From positions 1-59,591 of IMG/VR virus record IMGVR_UViG_3300049166_000062: a stretch of DNA of 59,591 bases; one strand, written 5' to 3'. A program made the translations under genes and the position numbers. Source of the stretch: a virus (taxonomy: Duplodnaviria; Caudoviricetes). Shown here piece after piece: positions 33,478 through 42,967 of this stretch (the stretch's first letter is position 1; each line of letters starts with the position of its first letter). The notes beneath the pieces are model-generated. The model was not told the DNA's origin. It saw nothing but the letters and a program-made list of their open reading frames with translations, and did no database searches.

Positions 33478-34784
33478 TGAGGGGGTTGTTCGGTGCGCTT
33501 GCGTCCGGAGGAGGCGCGGAGCGCAAGGACGAGTCCCGCTACGGCCTTGTCGATCAGATGTGGGCCGATTTCTTCGGTGGCTATCGGGCATCGAAATCCG
33601 GCGTCTCAGTAAACTGGAAGTCCGCGCTGTCGGTAACCACGGTGCTGGCATGCACGCGGGTACGAGCCGATGGCTTGGCAACGGTGCCGTGGAAACTCTA
33701 CCAGCGCACAGAGACGACGAAGAACGGAAAAGCGATTGTCGGCCGGCGGGAGGCGCGCGACCATCCGCTGTATGATCTCCTGGCCACCGCTCCGAATGAG
33801 TGGATGACCAGCCTCGAATTCCGGGAATCGCAGAGCTTCCATGTCGACCTGACTGGCCACTCGTATGCGTACAAGAACAAGGTGCGGGGCGAGATCGCGG
33901 AGTTGATCCTGCTGGACCCCGGCCGCGTGACCTGTCGCGTGAACGCTGACTATTCCCGAGTCTACGTTCTCCAGGGCATGGATGGTACGGCGCAAACGGT
34001 GCCGGGCGATCTGATATGGCACGTGAAGGGCCCGTCGTGGGACACGATCGATGGTCTGAATATCGTGGACCTAGCTCGGGAGGCCATCGGGCTGGCGCTC
34101 GCGACCGAGGAAAGCCACGCCGCCTTCCACAGGAACGGGGTCCGGCCGAGCGGCATTCTCGCGGCCGACGGGACCATGAATACCGCTCAGTTGACCCGCC
34201 TCTCTGCATGGGTCCGCCGTAATTTCGGCGGGTCGACCAACGCCGGCAAGCTGATGGTGGTCGACCGAGCGGCGAAGTTCCAGTCGACCCAGATGACCGG
34301 GGTCGACAGCCAGCACATCGAGACCCGCAAGTTCCAGGTCGAGCGGATATGCGAGGTCCTGCGCGTGATGCCGATCATGATCGGCTTTTCTGGCGACAAG
34401 AATGCGACATTTGCGTCGGCCGAGCAGATGTTCCTCGCCCACCTGGTGCATTGCGTCCGGCCGATCCATCGTCGGTTCGGCGGTTCCTCCGATCTACACC
34501 TTCTCACCAAGAAGCAGCGCGCCGAGGGCTACTACACCGGCTTCGTTGATTCGGATTTCCTGAGCCCGAGCGTGGAAGCCAAGGCCAAGTACAACCAGAT
34601 CGCGCTCGGTGGGCCGAACAACCCTGGCTGGGTCACGCAGAACGATGTCCGCGGCTGGGACGAGATGGATGCCGTCGACGGTGCCGACAGCCTCTATGTG
34701 CCTTCCGGAATGGCCGTTCTCGACGAAAACGGCAAACTTGTGCCGATCACCCCGCCGAAAAGCCCCGCTCCCGCTGGAGAATGA
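33477..34784 (+). CDS. HK97-family portal protein
   Basis: HPLYDLL..APNEWMT..EF, NG.RPSGIL, NAGK, TQNDVR motifs. Confidence 0.95.
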   Translation: MRGLFGALASGGGAERKDESRYGLVDQMWADFFGGYRASKSGVSVNWKSALSVTTVLACTRVRADGLATVPWKLYQRTETTKNGKAIVGRREARDHPLYDLLATAPNEWMTSLEFRESQSFHVDLTGHSYAYKNKVRGEIAELILLDPGRVTCRVNADYSRVYVLQGMDGTAQTVPGDLIWHVKGPSWDTIDGLNIVDLAREAIGLALATEESHAAFHRNGVRPSGILAADGTMNTAQLTRLSAWVRRNFGGSTNAGKLMVVDRAAKFQSTQMTGVDSQHIETRKFQVERICEVLRVMPIMIGFSGDKNATFASAEQMFLAHLVHCVRPIHRRFGGSSDLHLLTKKQRAEGYYTGFVDSDFLSPSVEAKAKYNQIALGGPNNPGWVTQNDVRGWDEMDAVDGADSLYVPSGMAVLDENGKLVPITPPKSPAPAGE

Positions 34785-35494
34785 ACATGGATCGATTTGC
34801 AGCTGACTTCGAATTCAAGTTCGCCGCAGGTGCGAAGGACGGCACCTTTTCGGGCTACGGCGCTGTCTTCGGCAACGTCGACAGCCATGGCGATGTCATC
34901 GAACGGGGCGCCTTCAAGAACAGCCTCCGGGAGTGGGAGGCCAAGGGCAAGCTGCCGCCGATGCTGCTGCAGCACGGGGGCTTCTTCGGACCCGTCGATG
35001 ACATGTTGCCAGTCGGCAAGTGGACATCGATGGAGGAAAACTCGAAGGGGCTCAAGGTCGAGGGTGAACTGTTCGCCCTCAACACCGATCGCGGCCAGCT
35101 GATCTATGAGGGTATGAAAGCCGGATCTCTTGACGGCCTCTCGATCGGCTATCGCCCGAAGAAGTACACGATGGGTACGAAGCCCACGGATCCGACCCGC
35201 ACATTGCAGGAGGTGGAGCTTCGTGAGCTAAGCATTGTGACGTTCCCCTCCAACGACAGGGCCACCGTTGGCGCGGTCAAATCCGCTGACATCGATGGTC
35301 TGCACACTCTTTCGGATTTCGAGGACTTTCTGCGTGAGGCAGACGGTCTTCGGTTTTCGCGAAAGACGGCTCGCGATTTCGTGAGCCGTTTCAAGAAGAT
35401 CGCACAGCGTGAGGCTGGGGACGATCCCAACGTGTCGAGCTTGCTGGAGCAGATGCGCTCCACCCGCAAGCTCATAATCCCCAACCAAGCATAA
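34781..35494 (+). CDS. HK97-type prohead protease
   Basis: FSGYGAVFGNVDS.GD....GAF, MLLQH, GLSIGY, ELSIVTFPSN. Confidence 0.93.
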   Translation: MNMDRFAADFEFKFAAGAKDGTFSGYGAVFGNVDSHGDVIERGAFKNSLREWEAKGKLPPMLLQHGGFFGPVDDMLPVGKWTSMEENSKGLKVEGELFALNTDRGQLIYEGMKAGSLDGLSIGYRPKKYTMGTKPTDPTRTLQEVELRELSIVTFPSNDRATVGAVKSADIDGLHTLSDFEDFLREADGLRFSRKTARDFVSRFKKIAQREAGDDPNVSSLLEQMRSTRKLIIPNQA

Positions 35495-35505
35495 AGGAGG
35501 GCGCT

Positions 35506-36882
35506 ATGCCCGAACTGAAGGACGTGCTGGACGATGTCCAGCGCGAGGTGAAGAAGTTTGGCGACGATGTCGGCAGCCTGAAAACCTCGCTCGAAAAGGA
35601 CCTCAAGTCGGTTCGCGAACTGGCCGAGAAAGCTGGCAGCGATGCCGCGATCGGTACCCAGTTGAAGTCCGATCTCGATGCCCTGACCCGCGGCGTCGAG
35701 GAAAAGCATTCCGCGATCGAGGCCAAGGTCAAGGACATCATGGAGAAGGCCCAGAAAGAGGCCGATGCGATCCTTGAAATCCAGAAGAAAATTGGTCGTC
35801 CTGGCGGCGGTGGTGGCAACACCGACGATCTCCTGAAGCATGCGACGGAGTTCAAGCGGGTCGCGATGTCCCGCCGCGGTGAGCTCAAGGCCACCACGAT
35901 CCTGAAGCCTGAAGAGGTCAATGTCGACGAGTACAAGGCCTATCAGGCGGCGTTCGCGATGTCGCTGCGGCGCGAGATCAACCAGCTGTCGCTTGACGAG
36001 CAGAAGGCCATGATGGTCGGCTCCGATCCCGACGGCGGTTCTCTGGTCCCCACGCAGACTTCGGCGCGTATCATCACCAAGGTGTACGAAACCTCGCCGC
36101 TCGACGAACTCGCTTACCACGAGAACGTGTCCACCGACGCCCTCGAAATCGCGGTCGATACCGACGAGGCCGGGGCAGGCTGGGTCGGCGAGACCGAAGC
36201 TCGGCCGGAAACCAGCACTCCGCAGGTTGGTGTCCAGCGGATACCGGTCCACGAGATCTATGCCAAGCCGAAGGCAACCCAGCAGTTGCTCGAGGACGCC
36301 GGCATCGACATCGAGGCCTGGCTTGCTGGCAAGGTTGGCGAAAAGTTCGCCCGCATGCGTGCTCTGGCGTTCATCTCGGGCAACGGGATCAAGAAACCGC
36401 GTGGCATCCTGACGTATCCGGCTGGGTCCGCGGGCGTCCGCGGCACCATTCTGCAGGTTGCGTCCGGCAACGCCACGGCTCTGACCGACGATGGACTCGT
36501 CACGATGACGTTCTCCATCAAGGACAAGTATCTGGCGAACGCGAACTGGCTGATGAAGCGCGGCACCGTCGGCGCCGTGATGCTCTTCAAGGACCTCAAC
36601 GGCCAGTACATGTGGCGTCCTGGCCTCGAGGCAGGCAAGCCGTCCATGCTGCTCGGTTACAGCATCCGTCGCGCCGACGACATGCCGTCTGTTGGCGCCG
36701 GCGCACTGCCGGTAGCCTTCGGCGACTTCCGCGCCGGCTACACCGTCGTGGATCGCCTCGGCATCCGCACGCTGCGGGACCCATACTCTTCGAAGCCCTT
36801 CGTCGAGTTCTACACGCGCCAGCGCGTCGGCGGCGACGTCGTCGACTTCGAGGCCTTCGCCCTCCAGGTCGTTAGCGCCTGA
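35506..36882 (+). CDS. HK97-fold major capsid protein
   Basis: Delta-domain coiled coil, DGGSLVP, WVGET, QLLED, G.G..KPRGIL, FGDF, RVGG. Confidence 0.95.
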   Translation: MPELKDVLDDVQREVKKFGDDVGSLKTSLEKDLKSVRELAEKAGSDAAIGTQLKSDLDALTRGVEEKHSAIEAKVKDIMEKAQKEADAILEIQKKIGRPGGGGGNTDDLLKHATEFKRVAMSRRGELKATTILKPEEVNVDEYKAYQAAFAMSLRREINQLSLDEQKAMMVGSDPDGGSLVPTQTSARIITKVYETSPLDELAYHENVSTDALEIAVDTDEAGAGWVGETEARPETSTPQVGVQRIPVHEIYAKPKATQQLLEDAGIDIEAWLAGKVGEKFARMRALAFISGNGIKKPRGILTYPAGSAGVRGTILQVASGNATALTDDGLVTMTFSIKDKYLANANWLMKRGTVGAVMLFKDLNGQYMWRPGLEAGKPSMLLGYSIRRADDMPSVGAGALPVAFGDFRAGYTVVDRLGIRTLRDPYSSKPFVEFYTRQRVGGDVVDFEAFALQVVSA

Positions 36883-36901
36883 TCCCCTGAATGAACTCAC
36901 T

Positions 36902-36929
36902 GAGGCGCGAGTGATCGCGCCTCTTCCCC
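36902..36929 (+). terminator. Hairpin after the capsid gene (weak terminator/processing site)
   Basis: GAGGCGCGA-GTGA-TCGCGCCTC followed by a short pyrimidine tract. Confidence 0.45.
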
Positions 36930-36980
36930 ATCAACGAGCCGAAAACAGCGCCTAGCGCATCGGCAAACATGGAGGGTCCC

Positions 36981-37406
36981 ATGAGGGATCTCATCTCTCG
37001 TATCGACTTGAAGCGCGGCATCTCGCCGGCGGCAGCAGTCGCAGACAACACCGCGTTCGTGTCGCAGATTCTCGACCGTCGCGGATATGACAGCGCGGCT
37101 TTCGCTCTCATCATGGGCGCGATCGCTGATGCCGATGCCACCTTCACCGTGCTGATGGAGCACGGCGAGGAATCCGACCTGTCCGACGCCGCAGCGGTGC
37201 CGGATGACATGCTGAACGGCACCGAAGCGCTGGCTACGCCGCTGTTTTCCAGCGAAGACAAGGTGTTCAAGCTCGGCTACGTCGGTGGCAAGCGGTACGT
37301 CCGCGTCACCATCACTCCGGCGGCCAACACCGGCAACATCTTCCTCGCCGGTCTCTGGATCCTCGGCAACCCGGGCATCGGTCCGGCTGCGAACCCGCCG
37401 GCGTAA
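36981..37406 (+). CDS. Virion structural protein (possible head decoration)
   Basis: Follows the capsid gene; GGAGG SD; D..GYD...GY.GGKRYVR motif. Confidence 0.7.
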   Translation: MRDLISRIDLKRGISPAAAVADNTAFVSQILDRRGYDSAAFALIMGAIADADATFTVLMEHGEESDLSDAAAVPDDMLNGTEALATPLFSSEDKVFKLGYVGGKRYVRVTITPAANTGNIFLAGLWILGNPGIGPAANPPA

Positions 37407-37479
37407 TAGCAGGCGTCATCGGGGGAAATAACCCGGCCGGCGCTCCGGCGCCGGCTCTCCGAAACCTCGAATAGAAGGA

Positions 37480-38160
37480 ATGACCGCCATGAAAAGCGGC
37501 AAGGTCATCAAAGCATTCCCGTTCGCGTTCGACGGGATCAATGTCGAGCATCTCGCCGTGGGCCGGCCCATATCCTTGCCGGAGAACACCTTCGACGGGC
37601 TAGAAAAGGCTGGCTACATCGAAGCCGGCAAGATCGAGGCAGCAGGGCTGCCTGAAGAGGAAGCTCTGAATCGGCGTCTCGTCGAGGCGATTGACAGGCG
37701 GCTCTCGGCTGCATCGGACCAGGAGCTGAAGGACATCATCGCCCGCTCGGGCACGCCCTACAGCGGCAACCTGGTGCATGCCCGGATGGTCTTCCTGGCC
37801 AAGGAGCAGATGATACGGGAAGCTGAAGGCGTCGCTCCGAAGCCAGCCGACCCGAACTCCGGTGTCACGGAACAGCCGCTATCCGCGCCGGGTCAGCCGA
37901 CGCCGCCTTCAGCCGCGGCAGCCGTCGACCAGCAGAAAGCGCAGCAGGAGGCTGCTGAAAAAGCAGCCGCTGAAGCGGGCGAGAACAAGGCTACCAACCA
38001 GTTCGGCGATCCGATGCCGACGCGCCAGGCACCGAAGGCCGAGGACCTCGACGGCATGAAGAAGGACGAGCTCGAGAAGCTCGCCGCCGATCGCGGTGTC
38101 GACATCTCGGGCGCGAAGACCAAGGCCGAGATCATCGACGCCATCAACACGGCGAAGTAA
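37480..38160 (+). CDS. Head-module protein with C-terminal HeH/SAP-like domain
   Basis: LDGMKKDELEKLA..RGVDISGAKTKAEIIDAI. Confidence 0.7.
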   Translation: MTAMKSGKVIKAFPFAFDGINVEHLAVGRPISLPENTFDGLEKAGYIEAGKIEAAGLPEEEALNRRLVEAIDRRLSAASDQELKDIIARSGTPYSGNLVHARMVFLAKEQMIREAEGVAPKPADPNSGVTEQPLSAPGQPTPPSAAAAVDQQKAQQEAAEKAAAEAGENKATNQFGDPMPTRQAPKAEDLDGMKKDELEKLAADRGVDISGAKTKAEIIDAINTAK

Positions 38161-38184
38161 GCAGCGATTTCGGGGAGCCGGCAC

Positions 38185-38838
38185 ATGCGCCAGACATTCA
38201 CGGTGACTGTGCCGGCCGTCGATCCCTCGCTGCTGACGATCGAGCAGCTGCGCGAAGCGGCCGGCCTGGCCTCTGGTGACACTTCCCGGGATACAGAACT
38301 TGAGCAGCTCGGGCTGCGGGTCTCAGCTGATATCGCAAATGCCTGCAAGATTGCCTCTGATGGCCTCAACCCGCCGACACTGCGCAGCGAGACCATCACC
38401 GAAACATTCTGGATGCCGGTATGTTTCGACGAGGTCTTCCTGTCACGACGCTTCATATCGTCCGTCACGACGGTCACGGAGCACGAAACCGTGCTGCTGG
38501 CCGCTGATTTCATCGTCGACCGTGAGGCCGGCATGCTGAACCGGGTTTCCTCGGGACGTCCCTGGCATTGGTATTATGGCGCCATTAGCGTCGTTTACGT
38601 CGCCGGGTTCACGACCGTCCCTGCCGATCTCGTTGGCGCCGCGCTCGATCTGACCAGGCTGCGCCTCTCAGCCGATGACCGCGATCCCCTGGTCAAGGGC
38701 GAGACAATTGAAGTTCCCGATGTCCTGACGCAGCGCCGCGACTATTGGGTGGGCGCTGTCCCGGGTTCGTCGGCTGGGCCTGTGCCGTCGGATATCCTTG
38801 CCAAGCTGTCACGCTACATCAATGTGGCGGTGGCGTAG
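38185..38838 (+). CDS. Head-tail connector/adaptor
   Basis: VVYVAGF..VPADL..A...ILAKLSRY; synteny. Confidence 0.75.
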   Translation: MRQTFTVTVPAVDPSLLTIEQLREAAGLASGDTSRDTELEQLGLRVSADIANACKIASDGLNPPTLRSETITETFWMPVCFDEVFLSRRFISSVTTVTEHETVLLAADFIVDREAGMLNRVSSGRPWHWYYGAISVVYVAGFTTVPADLVGAALDLTRLRLSADDRDPLVKGETIEVPDVLTQRRDYWVGAVPGSSAGPVPSDILAKLSRYINVAVA

Positions 38839-39037
38839 CGTCGCCTTTCTTGTCCGTTTCGCTGGGTCGTGGACCCGTCGACTTCGCGCGGTCACTTTCA
38901 ACCCGCTCGATATCGAGGGGCTGAGCAGGGCCGGTTGGCATCGACATTCCATCCATAGGGCTGTCGTTGGGGTTCTCGTCGTCAACTGCCTTGCCACCCG
39001 GCGGCCTTCGTGTGGGCTTCGGTTTGCTGTTTTTCAT
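38819..39037 (-). CDS. Hydrophilic, likely disordered opposite-strand moron protein (72 aa)
   Basis: AAAGGAG SD; rich in P/D/S/K; upstream TGAAC-N16-GATT ECF-like motif at 39060-39084. Confidence 0.6.
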   Translation of the reverse strand: MKNSKPKPTRRPPGGKAVDDENPNDSPMDGMSMPTGPAQPLDIERVESDRAKSTGPRPSETDKKGDATPPPH

Positions 39038-39077
39038 TGGGTTGCTCCTTTCGCGTCCTAATCGCCTGGAGAGCAGA

Positions 39078-39413
39078 ATGTTCACTCCTGCCGAAGCAAT
39101 TGCTGAGCTCGATGCTGCCTTGGTAAAGACCGGGCAGACGGTCACTCTGCGGAGAGGTGTTGCTCCGGCGGTCGTCACCGCGACTGTGAAGGCGTTCGTT
39201 CGAGGCTACAAGCCTGAGGAGATCGTCGGCACGATCACGCAACGGAGCCGGAAAGTGATCCTGTCGCCCACGGGACTGACAGCGTTCCGGACACCGCTCG
39301 AGAACCAGCAGATCGCCATCGACAGCCAGCCTTTCACTATCAAGGCGGTGGACCCGATCAAGATGGCCGACGTGCTGGTCAGAATAGTGTTGCAGGTTGA
39401 GGGCAACGCCTGA
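39078..39413 (+). CDS. Head closure / head-tail joining protein
   Basis: GGAGAG SD; GQTVTLRR...VILSPT motif; synteny. Confidence 0.7.
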   Translation: MFTPAEAIAELDAALVKTGQTVTLRRGVAPAVVTATVKAFVRGYKPEEIVGTITQRSRKVILSPTGLTAFRTPLENQQIAIDSQPFTIKAVDPIKMADVLVRIVLQVEGNA

Positions 39414-39415
39414 CC

Positions 39416-40018
39416 ATGGCGCGGATCCAGTCAACATCGGAGAGCTTCCGGATCGCGACCCAGAACACGATGGAAGGCACGCAAAAGCTTCTGGTCCGGG
39501 TCGCCAAACGTGAACACGGCCGCATAATGGCGGCGGATCCGCAGCCGAAGTCGTTTACGCGCTTCGTCGATGGCCGCCAAGGCGCGGCGGAAGAAGCCGT
39601 GAAGGCCAACGGGGTCATTCTCTACCAATATCCTCGCCTCGATGTCGTAGCGCAGTTCGCCATGGAAACGCTGTTCGATCTGTCTCCTGTTCGATCCGGC
39701 GAATATCGCATGAGCCATACGCTCTTCCTGAACGGTGTCGCTGTGGCGAATCTAGCTGGCTGGAACCCGGGCGATGAGGTCTCCATCACCAACCTGGTGC
39801 CATATTCCCGCAAGATCGAGGTCGGCAATATGACGATGCGGGTACCGGGCAGTTCGCGCGTCTATCAGCAGGCCCGAAGGGTCATCATGTCCCGCTACGG
39901 CAATGTCGCCGGCATTGAGTTCACCTACCGCGGCATTGCATCCGGCGCGGTCATCACCGGCCGTGCCGGCAACAAAGCCGATCTGCGGTTTCCAGTACTT
40001 GTGATCCGGGAGCGCTGA
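39416..40018 (+). CDS. Neck / tail completion protein (HK97 gp10-like)
   Basis: SPVRSGEYR...ITNLVPYSRKIE.G. Confidence 0.65.
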   Translation: MARIQSTSESFRIATQNTMEGTQKLLVRVAKREHGRIMAADPQPKSFTRFVDGRQGAAEEAVKANGVILYQYPRLDVVAQFAMETLFDLSPVRSGEYRMSHTLFLNGVAVANLAGWNPGDEVSITNLVPYSRKIEVGNMTMRVPGSSRVYQQARRVIMSRYGNVAGIEFTYRGIASGAVITGRAGNKADLRFPVLVIRER

Positions 40019-40019
40019 G

Positions 40020-40493
40020 ATGCCCGACTATGCCGGCGCGAAAGCGGCGATCCGGGCTCGCCTTGCCGCGAACTGGGCGACGACGCCGATCACGTACCAA
40101 AACGAGCCGCCGCGCGGGCAGAACGATGATCCGCCGGCGCCGTGGCCCCCGCGCGATGGCGACGGCTTCCCACTGTCGTGGGTTAACCTTGAAATTGCAG
40201 GCACCGGCAGCCGGATCGTAGGGCAGGGCACTCCCGGCAACCATGTCTGGCGATATGACGGCATCATCTATGTGCACGTCTTCACGCCGATCAACACCGG
40301 GATCGAGCTCGGCGACCAATATGCGGTGGCGATCGGCGAGATATTCCGGGCCGCCAAGTTCTACGACACCACACCAGGCTTCTGCGTCCGCTCGCTGGCG
40401 CCCAGCATCGACGATGCCGAGAGCGGCGACGACAACGGCAACTGGTCGCGCACGACCATGCACTGCGACTTCACCTACTGGCATCGCGGCTGA
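40020..40493 (+). CDS. Tail terminator-like protein
   Basis: ITYQN...WV...GII.VHVFTP..TG; precedes the tail tube gene. Confidence 0.7.
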   Translation: MPDYAGAKAAIRARLAANWATTPITYQNEPPRGQNDDPPAPWPPRDGDGFPLSWVNLEIAGTGSRIVGQGTPGNHVWRYDGIIYVHVFTPINTGIELGDQYAVAIGEIFRAAKFYDTTPGFCVRSLAPSIDDAESGDDNGNWSRTTMHCDFTYWHRG

Positions 40494-40549
40494 ATTAGCA
40501 AAACAAACCGATCAATCGGTTTTCTCATCCTGAATAGGAGAAAAAGGCA

Positions 40550-41782
40550 ATGTATTCAGAGAATTGGAACGGATATATCGCCTTCAAGGCGCAATCCGCG
40601 AAGGGGTCGCAGGCTAGCGGGGCCGATGCCCAGATCCTGCCGACATCGGGTGGCGCCGGCGGCCTGCTGACCAAACAGGCGGTCGAGAGCCAGATCGTCC
40701 GCCGCGACGCCCAGCAGCTGCGCGGCCGTCATGGTTCACGCCGCACCGCCGGCTCCTACACCTCCGAGCTTGGGATCGGCCGGGCCGATCCGATCTGGGA
40801 AGCGCTGATGCGCAATGCCTGGTCGGCGGCTGATCTCGTCATCACCGAAGCCACCGCCGGGCTCACCAGCATCACCACGACTGCGAACACGATCGTTGCC
40901 GCGGCTGGCTCCTGGATCACGGCGGGCGTCCGCGTTGGCGATGTCTGGCGGCTGACCGACCATGCCACGGCGGCAAACAACGGCCGCAATCTCCGGATCA
41001 CGGGCGTCACCGCGACTACGCTGACGGTGGCGGATACGTTGGTTGAGGATGCAGTGGCTGACACCGCCTTCACGATGACGCGGCCTGGTCGGGTGCTGAT
41101 CAACGGAGCCGCTGGCGCGTTGTCCAAGAGCTACTTCACCATCGAGGAGCACGAATACGACCTCGACGCCTCCGAACTCTATACCGACTGCCGGTGGTCG
41201 CGCGGTATGATCTCGATGCAGCCGGACGGCATGCTCAATACCGAATTCGGCTGGACCGGCACCGGCCAGGCCGAGGTGGTGGAGAGCGGTTCGGCTCCGC
41301 ATTTCACGGCACCGGTCGAGCCAACGGCGCTCTCGCTCGCGGCGCTCGAGGCGGTGGTGCGGTTCGGAACCGAGGATGTCGCCGACCTCACATCGTTCGA
41401 CTTCACCATGGACCTTCAACCGGTTTCGCCCGCGGTCATCAGCGCAACCGGCTATGCGCCGGACGTGTTCTTGGGCGTCTTCCTCGCCTCGCTGAACATG
41501 ACCTTCCTGCGCCAGGACCTCCAGGCGCTGGCCGACTTCGACGACGAGACCCAGCTCTCCCTTCATCTTCTCGCCTCCGAGAACGAGACGGCGCCGGCGG
41601 ATTTCTTCTCGCTCCATGTGCCGAACTTCTCGCTCGGCGGCGTCGCCAAATCGGCCCTGTCGAAGGCCGGCGGCGCCCGCACCGCCACGCTCTCAGTGCC
41701 GTCCTCGCTGGTCGGCAAGGATTCTCGCGGCGGCGCCTTCGATGCCACAACCTGCAAAATCCAAGTCAGCAACGCCACTTAG
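40550..41782 (+). CDS. Major tail tube protein
   Basis: AGGAG SD; 410 aa, Thr/Ala-rich, SYFTIE; synteny. Confidence 0.8.
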   Translation: MYSENWNGYIAFKAQSAKGSQASGADAQILPTSGGAGGLLTKQAVESQIVRRDAQQLRGRHGSRRTAGSYTSELGIGRADPIWEALMRNAWSAADLVITEATAGLTSITTTANTIVAAAGSWITAGVRVGDVWRLTDHATAANNGRNLRITGVTATTLTVADTLVEDAVADTAFTMTRPGRVLINGAAGALSKSYFTIEEHEYDLDASELYTDCRWSRGMISMQPDGMLNTEFGWTGTGQAEVVESGSAPHFTAPVEPTALSLAALEAVVRFGTEDVADLTSFDFTMDLQPVSPAVISATGYAPDVFLGVFLASLNMTFLRQDLQALADFDDETQLSLHLLASENETAPADFFSLHVPNFSLGGVAKSALSKAGGARTATLSVPSSLVGKDSRGGAFDATTCKIQVSNAT

Positions 41783-41791
41783 GAGGCAGAA

Positions 41792-42049
41792 ATGAAGAAG
41801 CATGAGAAGGCCGTCCGTGATGCAGCGGCGGCGCTGCACGAAGCGATCACTGATGCCCGCGCCGCCGGCCTGGTCGTCGGCTGGCCGCTTCGTGTCGATG
41901 GGCTCACCACAATGGCAATCAGCGAAACCGCCAAGGCCAATGTGACGGTCGGGGTCGATGCCGATGGCGTCGATCCGAAGACTGTCGCCAAAGCCGCGAC
42001 GGCCGCCCAGAAAGCCGCTGACAAGGTCGTGGGCTCCGACAAAGCCTGA
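41792..42049 (+). CDS. Hypothetical protein
   Basis: AGGAGG SD; 85 aa. Confidence 0.65.
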   Translation: MKKHEKAVRDAAAALHEAITDARAAGLVVGWPLRVDGLTTMAISETAKANVTVGVDADGVDPKTVAKAATAAQKAADKVVGSDKA

Positions 42050-42092
42050 TCCTAGATTCCGGCCGGCACCGGAATAAGTTCTGCGCAGAAAC

Positions 42093-42145
42093 GGCGGGCG
42101 GCTTGTCGGAGCCGTCCGCCACACCGCCACCCTTCCGACAAAGGA
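42093..42145 (+). promoter_or_regulatory. Predicted H-type RNA pseudoknot abutting the chaperone RBS
   Basis: Stem 42093-42103/42110-42120; loop TGTCGG complementary to CCGACA 42135-42140; SD AAGGA 42141-42145. Confidence 0.55.
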
Positions 42146-42152
42146 CAGATCG

Positions 42153-42593
42153 ATGAAAAACGAAGCTCCGACCGAGCTTTCGCTCGACGAACTTGATGCC
42201 GTCGACGAAGCCCATATGACGGTTGTCGTAAACGGCAAGGAAACCACCTGGGTGTGGACGTTTGCCGGCCCCGGCCATCCGCAGACCGTCGACCAGGCGG
42301 ACCGTCTCTCCCGTGAACGCCTCCATCAGGACCGGCTCAAGGAGCAGGCCCAGGTGAACGGCCGCAAATGGAAAGCACCGGAGGAAAGCGTTGACGAGGT
42401 CCGTGGGCGCAACATCGCTTGGGTGGTCGAGCGCCTGATTGGCTGGTCGCCGGTCAAGATCGGCGGCGAGATGGTTCCGTTCTCGGCCGAGGCAGCGACC
42501 AAACTGCTTTCCGACCCCCGCAAAGGCGCGCTGCTCACGCAGGCGATGGAGTTCCTCGCGGCCGAAACGTCTTTTACCAAGCCCTCCGCCTAG
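42153..42593 (+). CDS. Tail assembly chaperone (G-like)
   Basis: Between tube and tape measure; FAGPGHP...LIGWS...FS.EAA..L. Confidence 0.8.
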   Translation: MKNEAPTELSLDELDAVDEAHMTVVVNGKETTWVWTFAGPGHPQTVDQADRLSRERLHQDRLKEQAQVNGRKWKAPEESVDEVRGRNIAWVVERLIGWSPVKIGGEMVPFSAEAATKLLSDPRKGALLTQAMEFLAAETSFTKPSA

Positions 42594-42967
42594 AGCTTCT
42601 GGCTCACGCGGAGCGGCAATTCGCACTGGATGCTCCTGACGACGAAGGTGTTTCGCACCGGGAACGCATCGAAGGCCTGCTGCAGCGGGCGAAAAAGCCG
42701 GAAAAGATAGCCGAGTACGAGGCCGAGCTCGCGGTCCCGCCGTTTCCTCCCGCTCTTGGCTATCTCTGGCGCGTGTTCTGGCGGCTGCGCCGGCGCACGA
42801 GCGCCGGCATGTCTGGGCGGGAGCCGATCGAGTGGAGCGACCTGGTCGCCTTCATCAACCTCACCGGGATCAGGCTGGCCCCGTGGGAGATCGAGATCCT
42901 CGAAAGCCTCGACGATCTCTACAGGGCCGCAACGGCATCTTCTGACGACAAGGAAGCGGATTCGTGA
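42572..42967 (+). CDS. Tail assembly chaperone frameshift extension (T-like)
   Basis: -1 frame relative to G; T-TTT slip at 42572-42575; YLW..F..L...R...EPI.W.D......L.PWEIE.L..LD motif. Confidence 0.7.
   Translation, partial: FYQALRLELLAHAERQFALDAPDDEGVSHRERIEGLLQRAKKPEKIAEYEAELAVPPFPPALGYLWRVFWRLRRRTSAGMSGREPIEWSDLVAFINLTGIRLAPWEIEILESLDDLYRAATASSDDKEADS

Noticed and set aside
35149-36900. 583-aa minus-strand ORF over the capsid and protease genes (similarly 14974-16152, 20603-21712, 40736-41617)
   Set aside because: Antisense shadows caused by GC-rich codon bias, with no independent coding signals.
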